A stretch of 64,000 bases of DNA from an uncultured Saccharicrinis sp. (GCA_963677345.2 CAXXLC010000023.1:21991-85990); one strand, 5' to 3'; positions 45,887 through 56,940 are shown, counted from the first letter of the stretch. The notes: generated by a model from the sequence alone, not told the origin. Program-made: numbers and translations.

Positions 45887-47026
45887 TTGCTTTTGGACTT
45901 ATCCGTAATTATCGTTAGCTATAACGCTGTTGATTTTTTAAAAATCTGTCTTCATTCTGTTTACTCAGCTTGTCATTCATTAAAATCAGAAGTATTTGTT
46001 GTAGATAATAATTCTACAGACGACTCTGTTAAAATGGTAAAAAAAGCTTTTCCTCAAACACAACTTATAGCAAACAACAATAATCCAGGTTTTTCCATTG
46101 CCAATAACCAAGCCATAAAACTTGCAAAAGGAAAATATATACTAATACTTAACCCTGATACTATTGTTGCAGAAGATACATTTACTAAAATAGTTTCATT
46201 TTTAGAGAGTAATACCCAAGCTGGAAGTTTGGGCATAAAAATGATAGATGGTACCGGTTCTTTCCTGCCCGAATCGAAAAGAGGCATTCCTACCCCTTGG
46301 GCCTCCTTTTGCAAGATGTCGGGATTATCCTCTTTATTTAAAAAAAGCAACCTTTTTAACGAATACCATAAAGGTTATTTATCAAACGATAAAAACCATC
46401 CAGTTGAAATCCTGGCAGGAGCCTTCATGTGTATAAAAAAAGAAGTGATCGAAAAAGTGGGTATGTTTGATGAATCATTTTTCATGTATGGAGAGGATAT
46501 TGATTTATCGTACAGAATAACTTTGGCAGGCTATAAAAATTATTACTTCTCTGATTCATCAATCATTCACTTCAAAGGTGAGAGCACCAGTAAGGATAAA
46601 ATATACAGGGATCGTTTTTATAAAGCCATGCTCATATTTGCAAACAAGCACTTTAGCAAAAGCTATGGTATTATATATAGTATTTTAATAAAACTGGGAA
46701 TCTACTTTATTAGATTTTTATCTGTATTTAAAAAAAACACATACGCGAAAGTTAATGACAATACAGAAGATTACTATATTGTTTCACCTGAAAATGGTAT
46801 TAACATCCCGCCACCTTTTAAAGCATATACTATCCAACCTGAAGATATTTGTAACATAGAAAATGGAACACTTATTTTTCCTGTTAATCATATAAAGTTT
46901 TATGAAATGATTCAAATCATGGATGATCATAAGACAAAATTTAAATACCGGTTTTTAGCTGACAACCTTAAAACGATGATTGGCAGCGATAAAAAAAACA
47001 CAAAAGGTCAAGTTCAACACTTTTAA
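45887..47026 (+). CDS. Family 2 glycosyltransferase
   Basis: LSVIIVSYNAVDFL, VVDNNSTDDS and LNPD fit the GT2 pattern. The start codon is TTG. Confidence 0.85.
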   Translation: MLLDLSVIIVSYNAVDFLKICLHSVYSACHSLKSEVFVVDNNSTDDSVKMVKKAFPQTQLIANNNNPGFSIANNQAIKLAKGKYILILNPDTIVAEDTFTKIVSFLESNTQAGSLGIKMIDGTGSFLPESKRGIPTPWASFCKMSGLSSLFKKSNLFNEYHKGYLSNDKNHPVEILAGAFMCIKKEVIEKVGMFDESFFMYGEDIDLSYRITLAGYKNYYFSDSSIIHFKGESTSKDKIYRDRFYKAMLIFANKHFSKSYGIIYSILIKLGIYFIRFLSVFKKNTYAKVNDNTEDYYIVSPENGINIPPPFKAYTIQPEDICNIENGTLIFPVNHIKFYEMIQIMDDHKTKFKYRFLADNLKTMIGSDKKNTKGQVQHF

Positions 47027-47097
47027 ATATTGTGAAATAAAAACATTTGCATACTTTTATAGTAAATTCTTTTAATGAAATATATAAAAGTTCCATA

Positions 47098-48687
47098 ATG
47101 AGAAAACAACATTTAACCACAGTAATATTACTTATAATTTGTAGCTTTTCATTTGCCCAACACAAAGAAATAAAAAAACAAATCATAAAAGCCAATAATT
47201 ATATTAACACAGAAAACTTTAAAGAAGCTATTGAGATTTACGATAATTTATTAAAAGAATATCCTGATAATTCTTATGTGCTATATAAATCAGGAGAATG
47301 TTTTCTGTTTTCTGAAAACAGAATTAAAAAAGCTATTGAAGTACTTGAAAAAGCTGTAGACCAATTTCCAATTGAGGATAAAAACAGCTTTGATGCTATT
47401 GAATCAAGATTTTATTTAGGACAGGCCTACCACTTAGATTATCAATTTGCAAAAGCATTAAAACAATACCAGCAGCTTAAAAAAGAAATTCCTGCAAAAA
47501 GAAAAGATGCTCTTGATAAAATCGACAGAGAAATAAACTATTGTAAAAACGCGATAGAACTACAAAAACATCCAGTCAAATTTAAAATCTCAAACTTAGG
47601 ACCACTCATTAATACAGAATATGATGAACACAGTCCTATAATAAACCTTACTGAAGACCTTTTACTATTTACATCCAATAGAGAAACTGAAGAGTCATTA
47701 ATGTTAGCTAATGGATATAATGATGAAAATGTTTATTTCTCATTATGGCGGGAAGGCCAATGGATAACATCCAGAGCAGTAGAAATAAACACACGAGGAA
47801 ACAACGCAACAATTGGAATTTCGCCTGACGGCAAAACACTTTTATTTTATCAAAATGATGGCTCAATAGGCAATATTTATTATAGCGAATTAAGAAATGA
47901 CAAATGGGGAGAACTCATAAAATTCCCTGCTCCTATTAACAGTATGGCAAATGAAACCCATGCTTCTTTTTCACTGGATGGAAATACCATCTTCTTTAGC
48001 AGTGATCGTATGGGAGGCTTTGGAGGAAAAGACATTTACAAAGTATCAAAACTTCCTACAGGCGAATGGGGAAAGGTTATGAATCTTGGACCTGGTATCA
48101 ATACAGCGTTTGACGAAGAAAGTCCAAATATTCATCCCAACGGGAAAACTTTATACTTTAGCTCCGAAGGACACAAATCCATTGGAGGGTTTGATATCTT
48201 TACTGCATCGATGGATAGTGCTGGAATTTGGAATAATGTAAGGAACATCGGATTTCCTATCAATACCCCCTTTGATGACTTATTTTTTTCTCCAACCATA
48301 GATGAACAAAGAGTATATTATGCATCAAAAAGAGATGATGGCTTTGGTGGATCTGATATATATCTGATTGAATTTCCTGATGAAAATATAAACTCATTAA
48401 CCTTGGTTGGTGGATTCTTATTCACACCCGAGGGAAATCCGGCAGAAAGTGCAAAAATAACTTTAGTGAATAAAAAAAACGGACATATTGAAGGTGTTTA
48501 TAAACCATCACCTATAACAGGAAAATACATTTTTATTGTTCCATCTGACACAAACTACAAAATGGAAATTAATATGCAGGGCTATAAAACAATACTCAAT
48601 AATTTTAATATCCCGGCAGGAAACTCATATATAAGAAAAGAACATACATTTTTTTTAGATCCTATTGTGATGGAAAAAGATGAATAA
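47098..48687 (+). CDS. Secreted TPR + PD40 (TolB-like beta-propeller repeat) protein
   Basis: It has a signal peptide, N-terminal TPR-like repeats and repeated PD40 motifs (EHSPIIN, ETHASFSLDGNTIFFSSDR, EESPNIHPNGKTLYFSS, GGSDIYL). The start is chosen at MRKQHLTTV. Confidence 0.75.
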   Translation: MRKQHLTTVILLIICSFSFAQHKEIKKQIIKANNYINTENFKEAIEIYDNLLKEYPDNSYVLYKSGECFLFSENRIKKAIEVLEKAVDQFPIEDKNSFDAIESRFYLGQAYHLDYQFAKALKQYQQLKKEIPAKRKDALDKIDREINYCKNAIELQKHPVKFKISNLGPLINTEYDEHSPIINLTEDLLLFTSNRETEESLMLANGYNDENVYFSLWREGQWITSRAVEINTRGNNATIGISPDGKTLLFYQNDGSIGNIYYSELRNDKWGELIKFPAPINSMANETHASFSLDGNTIFFSSDRMGGFGGKDIYKVSKLPTGEWGKVMNLGPGINTAFDEESPNIHPNGKTLYFSSEGHKSIGGFDIFTASMDSAGIWNNVRNIGFPINTPFDDLFFSPTIDEQRVYYASKRDDGFGGSDIYLIEFPDENINSLTLVGGFLFTPEGNPAESAKITLVNKKNGHIEGVYKPSPITGKYIFIVPSDTNYKMEINMQGYKTILNNFNIPAGNSYIRKEHTFFLDPIVMEKDE

Positions 48688-48797
48688 CAATAATAATGTA
48701 GGATTTATCAACAAAGAATTACTATTCATCAAAGTTTTAAAACCCTTTATGTACTATTTTTGCATTTTAGCGGCTTTAAACAACCTCATAAAAAATA

Positions 48798-50708
48798 ATG
48801 AACAAACTTGTTATCTCCTTATTTTTATTGATATCAATAAATACTTACTCTCAAAACAACCTGAATAACAATTCAAAAATTTTTAACAATGCTGTTTCTT
48901 TATCTGAAGCAGGGAATTGCACAAAAGCTGTTGCTCAATTTAAAAAAGTTGTAGAATCTGAACCTGATAATATTAATGCGCTTTACAATATAGGTTTTTG
49001 CTACTTAAATATTAACAACAAAGCAGACTCCGCTTCGGCATATTTTATAAAAACAATTGATAAATTAAATCCAGATCAATACTATTCTGAAATTGGCATT
49101 GATGCTTTTATGTCACTTGCTAAATCATATCAGCTACAGTACAAATATCAGAAGAGTATAGAAACATACAATACGATAAATGGTTTTATTAATAAAAACG
49201 ATACTACCTTAAATAAAGATATAACAAGACAGATTGAGATATGCAAAAACGGTATTGAACTGATGAAACATCCGGTAAAACTTGAGGTTCATAATCTTGG
49301 AGAAAATATCAATTCGAAATATGACGACCACAGCCCTTTAATTAATGCTGACGAATCAATGATGATTTTTACATCCAAAAGAAAATCCTCATACTCAACA
49401 TTAATGGATGATGGCCAATTTTCTGAGAAAGTATTTTTCAGCACAAAAGATTCAATATGGAATCAAAGTAAAATCTTAACATCCATAGTTAAAAAAAACA
49501 GTCACGAATCAGGAGTATGTTTATCAGCAGATGGAACAGAGCTATATATGCTTATCAGTAACATTGATGGTCAGAATTTATATGTGAGTTATTTTGATGG
49601 CGAAACATGGAGTGAACCATATAAATTACCCAATGGAATCAACAGTCGTTACAACGAAACTCATGCATCAATTAATAATGACAAATCTATTTTATTTTTC
49701 ACAAGTGATAGAAAAGGCGGATATGGCGGATTAGATATTTACTCTGTAAGGAAACTTCCCAATGGAGAATGGGGAATCCCTCAAAACCTGGGAGATAAAA
49801 TAAATACGCCATATAACGAAGAAACACCTATGATTGGACTAGATAACAAAACCCTTTATTTTAGTTCTGAAGGACATAATTCCATGGGAGACTTTGATGT
49901 TTTCTATAGTAAGATGGAAGCTGACAGTACCTGGGCAACCCCTGTAAATATGGGCTACCCGATAAATACTCCTGATGACGATTTCTTTTTTGTTCCTACT
50001 GCCGCCGAAAACAAAGCTTACCTGGCATCTTCAAGATTCAACCAAAACTATGGCGGATCAGACATCTACCTGATTGAATACGAAGAACCTTTTAAAAATA
50101 AATTAGCGGTAATCAGAGGTCAACTAAAAGGTGATAAAGATACAAACTGGGATAATGTTCGAATTGTAGTTAAAGAGGAGAGCACCAATACACTGGAAGG
50201 CGAATACAAACCCAATCCCGAAACAGGTAAATATTTAATGATTCTGGAAACAGAAAAAAATTATAATATACAATTTGAAGGATTAGGTGTTACATCTAAA
50301 AACATTAAGTACTCACTTAATTCAGATAACACATATATTAAAACATCTCATTCAATAAATATGGATGATGTTTGGTTAACAGTTACACCTATTAATCAAA
50401 ATAAAAACAACGTGTCAGACTTGCATAAAACAAACTATTCAACAGGTATAGATACAAATAAATATCCATATACAGTTCAGTTTATTACATTAAACAAAGC
50501 TATCGGCAATCTTGAACAATTTTCAATTGACCTTAACAAAATTATTGTTTACAAGTGCAAAGACGGAAACTTCAGATACATATATGGGCAGTATCAAAAC
50601 TTTAAAGATGCAAAAAATGCGAAAAAGGAAGTTGTTAAAAAAACAGGATACAACGATGCATTTGTAAGATATTTCTGGCAGTTGAATAAGATTAAAGTAG
50701 AAGAATAA
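48798..50708 (+). CDS. Secreted TPR + PD40 repeat protein with C-terminal SPOR-like domain (paralog of the preceding gene)
   Basis: It has the same architecture and colinear motifs as 47098-48687 (CKNGIELMKHPVKL, DDHSPLIN, GGSDIYLIEY). It also has an extra ~90-aa tail, YTVQFITLNKA...YGQYQNFKDAKNAKKEV, that resembles SPOR. Confidence 0.7.
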   Translation: MNKLVISLFLLISINTYSQNNLNNNSKIFNNAVSLSEAGNCTKAVAQFKKVVESEPDNINALYNIGFCYLNINNKADSASAYFIKTIDKLNPDQYYSEIGIDAFMSLAKSYQLQYKYQKSIETYNTINGFINKNDTTLNKDITRQIEICKNGIELMKHPVKLEVHNLGENINSKYDDHSPLINADESMMIFTSKRKSSYSTLMDDGQFSEKVFFSTKDSIWNQSKILTSIVKKNSHESGVCLSADGTELYMLISNIDGQNLYVSYFDGETWSEPYKLPNGINSRYNETHASINNDKSILFFTSDRKGGYGGLDIYSVRKLPNGEWGIPQNLGDKINTPYNEETPMIGLDNKTLYFSSEGHNSMGDFDVFYSKMEADSTWATPVNMGYPINTPDDDFFFVPTAAENKAYLASSRFNQNYGGSDIYLIEYEEPFKNKLAVIRGQLKGDKDTNWDNVRIVVKEESTNTLEGEYKPNPETGKYLMILETEKNYNIQFEGLGVTSKNIKYSLNSDNTYIKTSHSINMDDVWLTVTPINQNKNNVSDLHKTNYSTGIDTNKYPYTVQFITLNKAIGNLEQFSIDLNKIIVYKCKDGNFRYIYGQYQNFKDAKNAKKEVVKKTGYNDAFVRYFWQLNKIKVEE

Positions 50709-50710
50709 TA

Positions 50711-51226
50711 GTGGAATATAACGTAGCTTTAAGAGCAATTGAACCTGAAGATATTGATGTTTTATATCAGTGGGAAAATAATATGAAACTCTGGATCGTT
50801 TCGGATACACAAAAACCATTTTCCCGTCACCAGCTAAAACAATATATTAAAGGAATTAACCTGGATATATACCAATCGAAAGAATTACGCTTAATGATTG
50901 AAACTGAAGAGGAAAGTCCTGTACTTGTGGGAATGATAGATTTATTTGATTTTGATCCATATCATAACAGAGCCGGTGTTGGAATCATGTTAAATAAAGA
51001 GTTCACAGGTAAAGGATATGCTTCGCAAGCCTTAGACTTATTTATCGATTATTGTTTTAACACTTTAGGCATCTTTCAATTGTATTGTTCAATTACAGAA
51101 AACAATGAAAAAAGTATTAAGTTATTTGAAAAACATGGATTTATCAAAACCGGAATCCGAAAAAAATGGAGAAAAATAGGACAAACTTACCACGATGAAT
51201 TGTTTTATCAATTAATCAACGAGTGA
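50711..51226 (+). CDS. GNAT family N-acetyltransferase (RimJ/RimL-like)
   Basis: 171 aa. A GNAT motif-A-like stretch (GVGIMLNKEFTGKGYASQAL) is present. The start codon is GTG. Confidence 0.85.
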   Translation: MEYNVALRAIEPEDIDVLYQWENNMKLWIVSDTQKPFSRHQLKQYIKGINLDIYQSKELRLMIETEEESPVLVGMIDLFDFDPYHNRAGVGIMLNKEFTGKGYASQALDLFIDYCFNTLGIFQLYCSITENNEKSIKLFEKHGFIKTGIRKKWRKIGQTYHDELFYQLINE

Positions 51227-51687
51227 AAGATGCTTTTTTAATTGATTATAGGTTGGTATGTCTTCCAGGAAATTATAGTTTCTGCCATCCTTATCCAATA
51301 AAGCGCAATAATGATTTAATCCATTAGTTACACAAATTAACCTTGTTTTTAACTGGATGTTATATCTTGCCACCTGATCAAATACCTGATTGGTTATTTT
51401 AATATGAGGAGCTTTGCATTCCACAACCAATACAGGCTTTTTTTGAGTGTTATAAGAAACAATATCTGCACGTTGAGACAGGCCATTTATTTTTTACTTT
51501 AGTCTCAATTGCTATTAACGAAGGCAGGAAATTCCTTTAAATGCACCAAATAGGAAATAAAATTTTGGCGAACCCATTCTTCCGGAGTAAGTTTAACCAA
51601 CTTCTTTCGTATGGTATCAAAAATCATTCTTTTACCATCTATTTCCCTGATTGTAAAACTATATTTGGGTAAATTAAGTTCCTGCAT
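51212..51687 (-). pseudogene. HsdR_N-like (type I restriction enzyme R N-terminal domain) small protein, frameshifted
   Basis: Two ORF pieces read MQELNLPKYSFTIREIDGKRMIFDTIRKKLVKLTPEEWVRQNF... and ...VVECKAPHIKITNQVFDQVARY.... The connecting INGLSQRADIVSYNTQKKPVLVVECKAP is readable only after at least two frame changes near 51430-51520. Confidence 0.6.
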
Positions 51688-52024
51688 AATTAAAATTTGT
51701 ACAAATATACTCCAATTTATCCTAAATAGAATCTTGCAAAAATTTACCAACACTGAAACTTTTGTCTATTTTATTAAACTAGACGAGGCAAACTCTGTTA
51801 ATCTATATTAAGGTTAAAACCTTTTTGTTATTTTTTATAAAATTTTTACACGAAAAAAATTATGTTCTTTAACAATTCAGAGAAATAATTAACCATGAAA
51901 CAAGCCACGAGAATCGGTAGTTTGAAAAAGTCAAAGAATTCTCACACAATGCCTGTCCAGATTTATCGGTACGGATTACAAAATTGGCAAGTTCCATATA
52001 ACCATTAAAATAAAACACAATCAT

Positions 52025-52809
52025 ATGAAGACAAAAAAAGATATAGTAGACAATTGGCTTCCCAGATATACAGGAAGAAAACTTGAAGATTTTACATCTC
52101 ATATTTTATTAACAAATTTCCAGCATTACATTGATTTATTTGCAGAATGGCACAATGTACCAATCGTAGGAGAAGATCATAACATGCCTAACGCAAGTGC
52201 TGATGGAATAACAATCATTAATTTTGGTATGGGTAGTCCCTAACGCAGCAACTATAATGGATTTATTAAGCGCCATTCAACCCAAGGCTGTTTTTATTCC
52301 TTGGAAAATGTGGCGGTTTAAAGAAAAAAAAATCAATTGGGCGATTTAATAATCCCTATTGCAGCCATAAGAAACGAAGGGAACATCCGACGATTACCTT
52401 CCTGCTGAAGTTCCCGCTCTTCCTGCGTTTAGTTTACAAAGAGCTGTATCGACAACTATCAGGGATAATGCAAGAGATTATTGGACCGGCACTGTATTCA
52501 CCACAAATAAAAGAGTTTGGGGAGTATGACGAACGCTTCAAACACTATCTTGAAAAGACGAGAGCAATGGCAATAGATATGGAAACAGCCACAATCTTCA
52601 CTGTTGGTTTTGCAAACGAAATTCACAACCGGAGCTCTTTTACTGGTATCTGATCAGCCAATGATTTCGGCAGGAATAAAAACTGCAGAGAGCGACCAAA
52701 AAGTAACTAAAGAATACGTAAAACCAACATCTTCAGATTGGCATCGATTCATTAAAAGAAAATATTGAACGATGGAAAATCAGTAAAACATCTGCTGTTT
52801 GATAATTAG
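52025..52809 (+). pseudogene. amn: AMP nucleosidase, multiply frameshifted
   Basis: Conserved blocks appear in alternating frames: GITIINFGMGSP, NAATIMDLLSAIQPKAV, NQLGDLIIPIAAIRNEG, AMAIDMETATIFTVGFANEI and SDQPMISAGIKTAESDQKVTKEY. Confidence 0.75.
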
Positions 52810-52844
52810 TGATTAATTGTAATTTTGCAGCAAAGCAATAAAAT

Positions 52845-53858
52845 ATGAACGAGTTTCAACAAATAATGGCGAGTCTAAAAAACCGCCAATTTAAACCCAT
52901 CTATTTTTTTAATGGGTGAAGAAACCTATTACATTGATGAAATCACAAATTACATTGTCGACAATGTTTTAACAGAAGAAGAAAAGGGTTTTAATCAAAC
53001 CATTTTCTATGGTAAAGATGTGGATGCTGCCACAGTTGTGATGGCTGCGCGTCGTTTATCCAATGATGGCTCAACACCAGGTTATTGTAGTAAAAGAAGC
53101 TCAATATTTAGATAAAAATTGAAGAGCTTCAACACTATGCCACAGCTCCATTAACATCTACCATCCTTGTTGTTAACTATAAATATAAAACACTTGACAA
53201 AAGAAAGAAACTCGCCACTATTCTAAAGAAAGACAATTGCATCTTTGAATTTAAAAAAACTTTACGACAACCAGATCTCGGCAATGGATTACAGGTTATC
53301 TTAAAGGCTTAGGGATGACGATTGACCTGAAAGCCAGCGCACTTCTTGGTGATTCATTAGGCACAGATCTTTCTAAAATAGTTAAGGAACTTGATAAGCT
53401 TCAGGTTGCCATTGGCAAAGAAGTGAATCATATTACTCCTGAGCATATTGAAAAAAAACATCGGTCTGAGCAAAGATTATAATAGTTTTGAGCTACAAAA
53501 GGCAATCATCAACAAGGATGTTTTAAAGGCAAACAAGATTATAAAAGTATTCTCAAAAAACCCCAAAGAGCACCCAATCCAAGCCATCATTACAGTTCTG
53601 TTTAACTACTTTTCAAAACTAATGGTTTATTATTACCTTCCTGATAAAGGAAAAGCCAATGTTGCAAAAGAATTAGGTATTAATCCTTTTTTTCGTTCAG
53701 GATTACACCTTAGGAGCACGAAATTATTCGGCTCGTAAAGTTGTTGCAATCATATCTATTCTCAGAGACTATGATATGAAAAGCAAAGGTTTTAATAACG
53801 TATCGGCAGATATGGGGTGATCTTTTAAAAGAAATGATCTTTAAAAATCATGCACTAA
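52845..53858 (+). pseudogene. holA: DNA polymerase III delta subunit, multiply frameshifted
   Basis: Blocks appear in different frames: MNEFQQIMASLKNRQFKPIYFF, GEETYYIDEITNYI, EEEKGFNQTIFYGKDVD, LSKDYNSFELQKAI, ILRDYDMKSKGF and LLKEMIFKIMH*. Confidence 0.7.
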
Positions 53859-53958
53859 CTATTATAGTTGAAAGCCGTATACATAGTGCAAAAGACTGAA
53901 GACTGAGAACTGAAGACCAGAATCTGAAATTATCTAATTTAAAATACAATCAATTAAC

Positions 53959-54575
53959 ATGAATATTTTAATAATACTAATTGGTGCAATTGTAATATTT
54001 AGTGTTATGGCGTTTAGCCAAACCACGCTGTTATATCGCTATCAATTTAATGCTTATCAAATCATACATCGCAAACAATATATTCGTTTAATTTCTCATG
54101 GGTTTTTACATGGAAGCTGGACACATCTATTGGTAAATATGTTTGTTCTCTATTCATTTGGGAGAGCTGTTATTTTATCACTTTAATTACGCTTTTCCCG
54201 GCAGAGGAGTAGTTATGTTTTTACTACTGTTTTTTTCTTCTCTGGTGTTTTCGAGTCTTTACTCATTATTCAGAGAAAAAGACAATCCTCATTATAATGC
54301 CATAGGAGCTTCCGGAGCAGTATCTGCAGTAGTTTTTACTTCCATATTTTTTAGTCCCTACAGTATGCTATACCTGTTTATGGCGATTCCTGTTCCCGGT
54401 ATTGTATTTGGAGTTGGGTATTTGATTTACTCCAGAGTAATGGCTCAAAAAAAACGTTGATAACATTGGTCATGATGCCCACTTTTGGGGTGCTGTTTTT
54501 GGTTTCATTTTTCCTATGCTCTATAAACCATCTTTATTTATCGACTTTATTCACGAATTGATCCCATTTTTATAA
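53959..54575 (+). pseudogene. Rhomboid family intramembrane serine protease, frameshifted
   Basis: HGSWTHLLVNMFVLYSFG, GASGAVSAVVF (catalytic Ser) and HDAHFWGAVFGFIFP (catalytic His) lie in three different frames. The breaks are near 54183 and 54460. Confidence 0.75.
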
Positions 54576-54584
54576 AATTCAACC

Positions 54585-55025
54585 ATGACTAAAGCAGTTT
54601 TTATTGACAGAGATGGTGTTATCAATAGCGATGAAGGTCATTACTACGTATATAAAGTTAATGACTTTGTTTTCAATCCTCATGTGGCAGAATCCCTTTC
54701 TTTATTAAAAAAAAATGGTTTTCTGCTAATTATGATTACAAACCAGGGAGGGGTTGCCAAAGGAGAATACACCGAACACGACATTATTCAGGTACACGAT
54801 TATATGCAGGCTCAACTTAGTAAACACAATGCTGCATTTGATGCCATATACTACTGCCCGCACCATAATGCCGTTTCAGAATGTGATTGCAGAAAACCAA
54901 AACCAGGAATGATTCTAAACGCTGTTAAAGATTATAACATAGATCTTAACTGCTCCTTTTTAATTGGAGATTCAGAAAGAGATATTGAAGCTGGGAACGC
55001 TGCTGGTATAAAAAACTTGTTTTAA
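54585..55025 (+). CDS. gmhB: HAD-IIIA phosphatase, D,D-heptose 1,7-bisphosphate phosphatase-like (possibly C-terminally truncated by a frameshift)
   Basis: It has FIDRDGVIN (motif I), TNQGG and the Zn-loop CPHHNAVSECDCRKPKPGM. At 146 aa it is shorter than usual for the family. Confidence 0.7.
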   Translation: MTKAVFIDRDGVINSDEGHYYVYKVNDFVFNPHVAESLSLLKKNGFLLIMITNQGGVAKGEYTEHDIIQVHDYMQAQLSKHNAAFDAIYYCPHHNAVSECDCRKPKPGMILNAVKDYNIDLNCSFLIGDSERDIEAGNAAGIKNLF

Positions 55026-55085
55026 GGTTAAAAAAAACACTTCAATTTACCATATTGCAAAACAAATTATTGAGTTATAATCACC

Positions 55086-55937
55086 ATGGATACTTTTGTA
55101 AATTTTAACGGAAAGACATTTCCTTCATATCAGGTACCTATAGGATTTAACAACAGGGCTTTTAAATATGGAGATTCATTTTTTGAAACCATAAGAACCA
55201 ACGGACAACTCCCCCTTTCTTTTGATCTTCATTATAAAAGAATCAGAAAAGCAATGATTAGTCTTAAACTGGATTTAGCATCAATACCTTCCGAACATGA
55301 ATTACAAGGTATGATTGTAAAGTTGATTCAAAAGAACAAAATATTTGACGATTGCAGGGTTAGAATTGAATTCTTCAGATCGGGCGAAGGATTATATACC
55401 CCGATAGAGAATAAGGCAGATTTCCTAATTGAAATTTCAAAATTAAACAATTCTGGATTTGTACTAAATACAAAAGGATTATTAGTGTCAGTATATTCAG
55501 AGATAAAAAAGAGCTATAGTCCGGTTTCTTATTTTAAATGTGGCAATTCTATTCATTATGTTTTGGCTGCTTTGAATAAAAAAGAAGAAAATGTTGATGA
55601 TTGTCTTTTAATTAACGCTGAAAATAAAATAATTGAAGCCTCCAGTTCTAATTTATTTTGGATAAAAGCCAACACTGTTTATTCAGCATCGGTATTTTGC
55701 GGATGCGTTGATGGAGTAATGAGACAAACTGTGATTAACCTTATCCGACAAAATAAACAGTTAAAATTTGAAGAATGCAGCGGGGCTTCTGAAGATGATT
55801 TATTAAATGCTGATGAAATATTTATTACCAACGCCATTCAAGGCATACAATGGGTTGTAGGATTTAAAGAAAGACGTTATTTCAATTATAAAACAAAAGA
55901 GCTATTTAATCTCTTAAACAGCTCTGTTTTTCATTAA
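55086..55937 (+). CDS. Class IV aminotransferase (aminodeoxychorismate lyase / BCAT-like)
   Basis: 283 aa with FKYGDSFFETIR near the N-terminus and a class IV fold pattern. Confidence 0.75.
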   Translation: MDTFVNFNGKTFPSYQVPIGFNNRAFKYGDSFFETIRTNGQLPLSFDLHYKRIRKAMISLKLDLASIPSEHELQGMIVKLIQKNKIFDDCRVRIEFFRSGEGLYTPIENKADFLIEISKLNNSGFVLNTKGLLVSVYSEIKKSYSPVSYFKCGNSIHYVLAALNKKEENVDDCLLINAENKIIEASSSNLFWIKANTVYSASVFCGCVDGVMRQTVINLIRQNKQLKFEECSGASEDDLLNADEIFITNAIQGIQWVVGFKERRYFNYKTKELFNLLNSSVFH

Positions 55938-55938
55938 C

Positions 55939-56940
55939 TTACTCTACAATTAAGCTTTTAAATCCATCGGTATATTCCACCTGATTATTCCCCTGCTCAT
56001 CAACATAAATAAAATATCCCTCTACACCGGCCAAACTATTTATCACCTGCATACTTTTATTCAATCCCATAACCATACAGGCGGTTGCATACGCATCAGC
56101 AACCATACATTGGGGAGCAATTATTGAAGCGCTTAACAAGGAATGTTGCACCGGATATCCGGTTTTTGGATCAATTGTATGGGCGTATTTTTTACCTTCT
56201 TTAATATAGAAATTACGATAGTTTCCACTGGTTGCCAAGCCAACATCTGAAAGCGATAAAACATCCTGGATTTCTCTGTTTGCAGCAGCTTTATCATCTA
56301 TAGGTTTATCTATCCCAACCCGCCAGGCTATTCCTTTATTATTAACTCCATTTACACGAATTTCACCCCCTATTTCAACCATATAGTTTTTTATACCCTG
56401 AGAAGCTAAATAATCTGCAACAACATCTACTCCATATCCTTTCGCAATGGCACTGGCGTCAATCATAATAGCAGGTTTTTCTTTTGAAAGAAAATTTCCA
56501 TTCAAGTGAAGTTTATCCATTCCAACATTTAAAAGCAAAGTATCAATTAAAGCATTTGTAATACTATCTTTCTTCTTAAATCCAAATCCCCAGGCATTAA
56601 CCAAAGGGCCCACAGTCATATCAAAAGCTCCCCCTGTATTTTTATTAACCTCAACAGCCGACAGATAAACATACTTCACCAAAGAATCAACCGTGAATCC
56701 CTTTTCACTATAGTTAAACTTACTAATTGTAGAAGTGTCTTTAAATGTTGATAAAGCCCAATCGACTTTATCCAGTTCTTTAGTAACTCCGAAACTGATA
56801 GAATCGTCCTCAATTACAGGTTGATAAATGATATGGTAGAATGTACCAAATATCATCCCTTGCATTTTAATATAATCCTGATTTTGAGGTTTACAAGAAA
56901 TGAGTAATACCAAACAGAAAGAAAATAATAACTTATACAT
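55939..56940 (-). CDS. apbE: FAD:protein FMN transferase (ApbE), lipoprotein
   Basis: It has a lipobox (LLISC) and the ApbE motifs AIAKGYGVD, ATSGNYRNF and HTIDPKTGYP. It sits near the nqr genes, as is usual. The start is chosen at MYKLLFSF. Confidence 0.88.
   Translation of the reverse strand: MYKLLFSFCLVLLISCKPQNQDYIKMQGMIFGTFYHIIYQPVIEDDSISFGVTKELDKVDWALSTFKDTSTISKFNYSEKGFTVDSLVKYVYLSAVEVNKNTGGAFDMTVGPLVNAWGFGFKKKDSITNALIDTLLLNVGMDKLHLNGNFLSKEKPAIMIDASAIAKGYGVDVVADYLASQGIKNYMVEIGGEIRVNGVNNKGIAWRVGIDKPIDDKAAANREIQDVLSLSDVGLATSGNYRNFYIKEGKKYAHTIDPKTGYPVQHSLLSASIIAPQCMVADAYATACMVMGLNKSMQVINSLAGVEGYFIYVDEQGNNQVEYTDGFKSLIVE

Noticed and set aside
51869-52102. 77-aa minus-strand ORF upstream of and overlapping the amn start
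   Set aside because: It overlaps the conserved amn N-terminus on the opposite strand. Its translation is hydrophobic and low complexity with no motif.
51212-55025. Programmed ribosomal frameshifting or recoding as the explanation for the broken genes
   Set aside because: There are several shifts per gene, in both directions and in unrelated adjacent genes, with no shared slippery motif. This is not compatible with programmed recoding.
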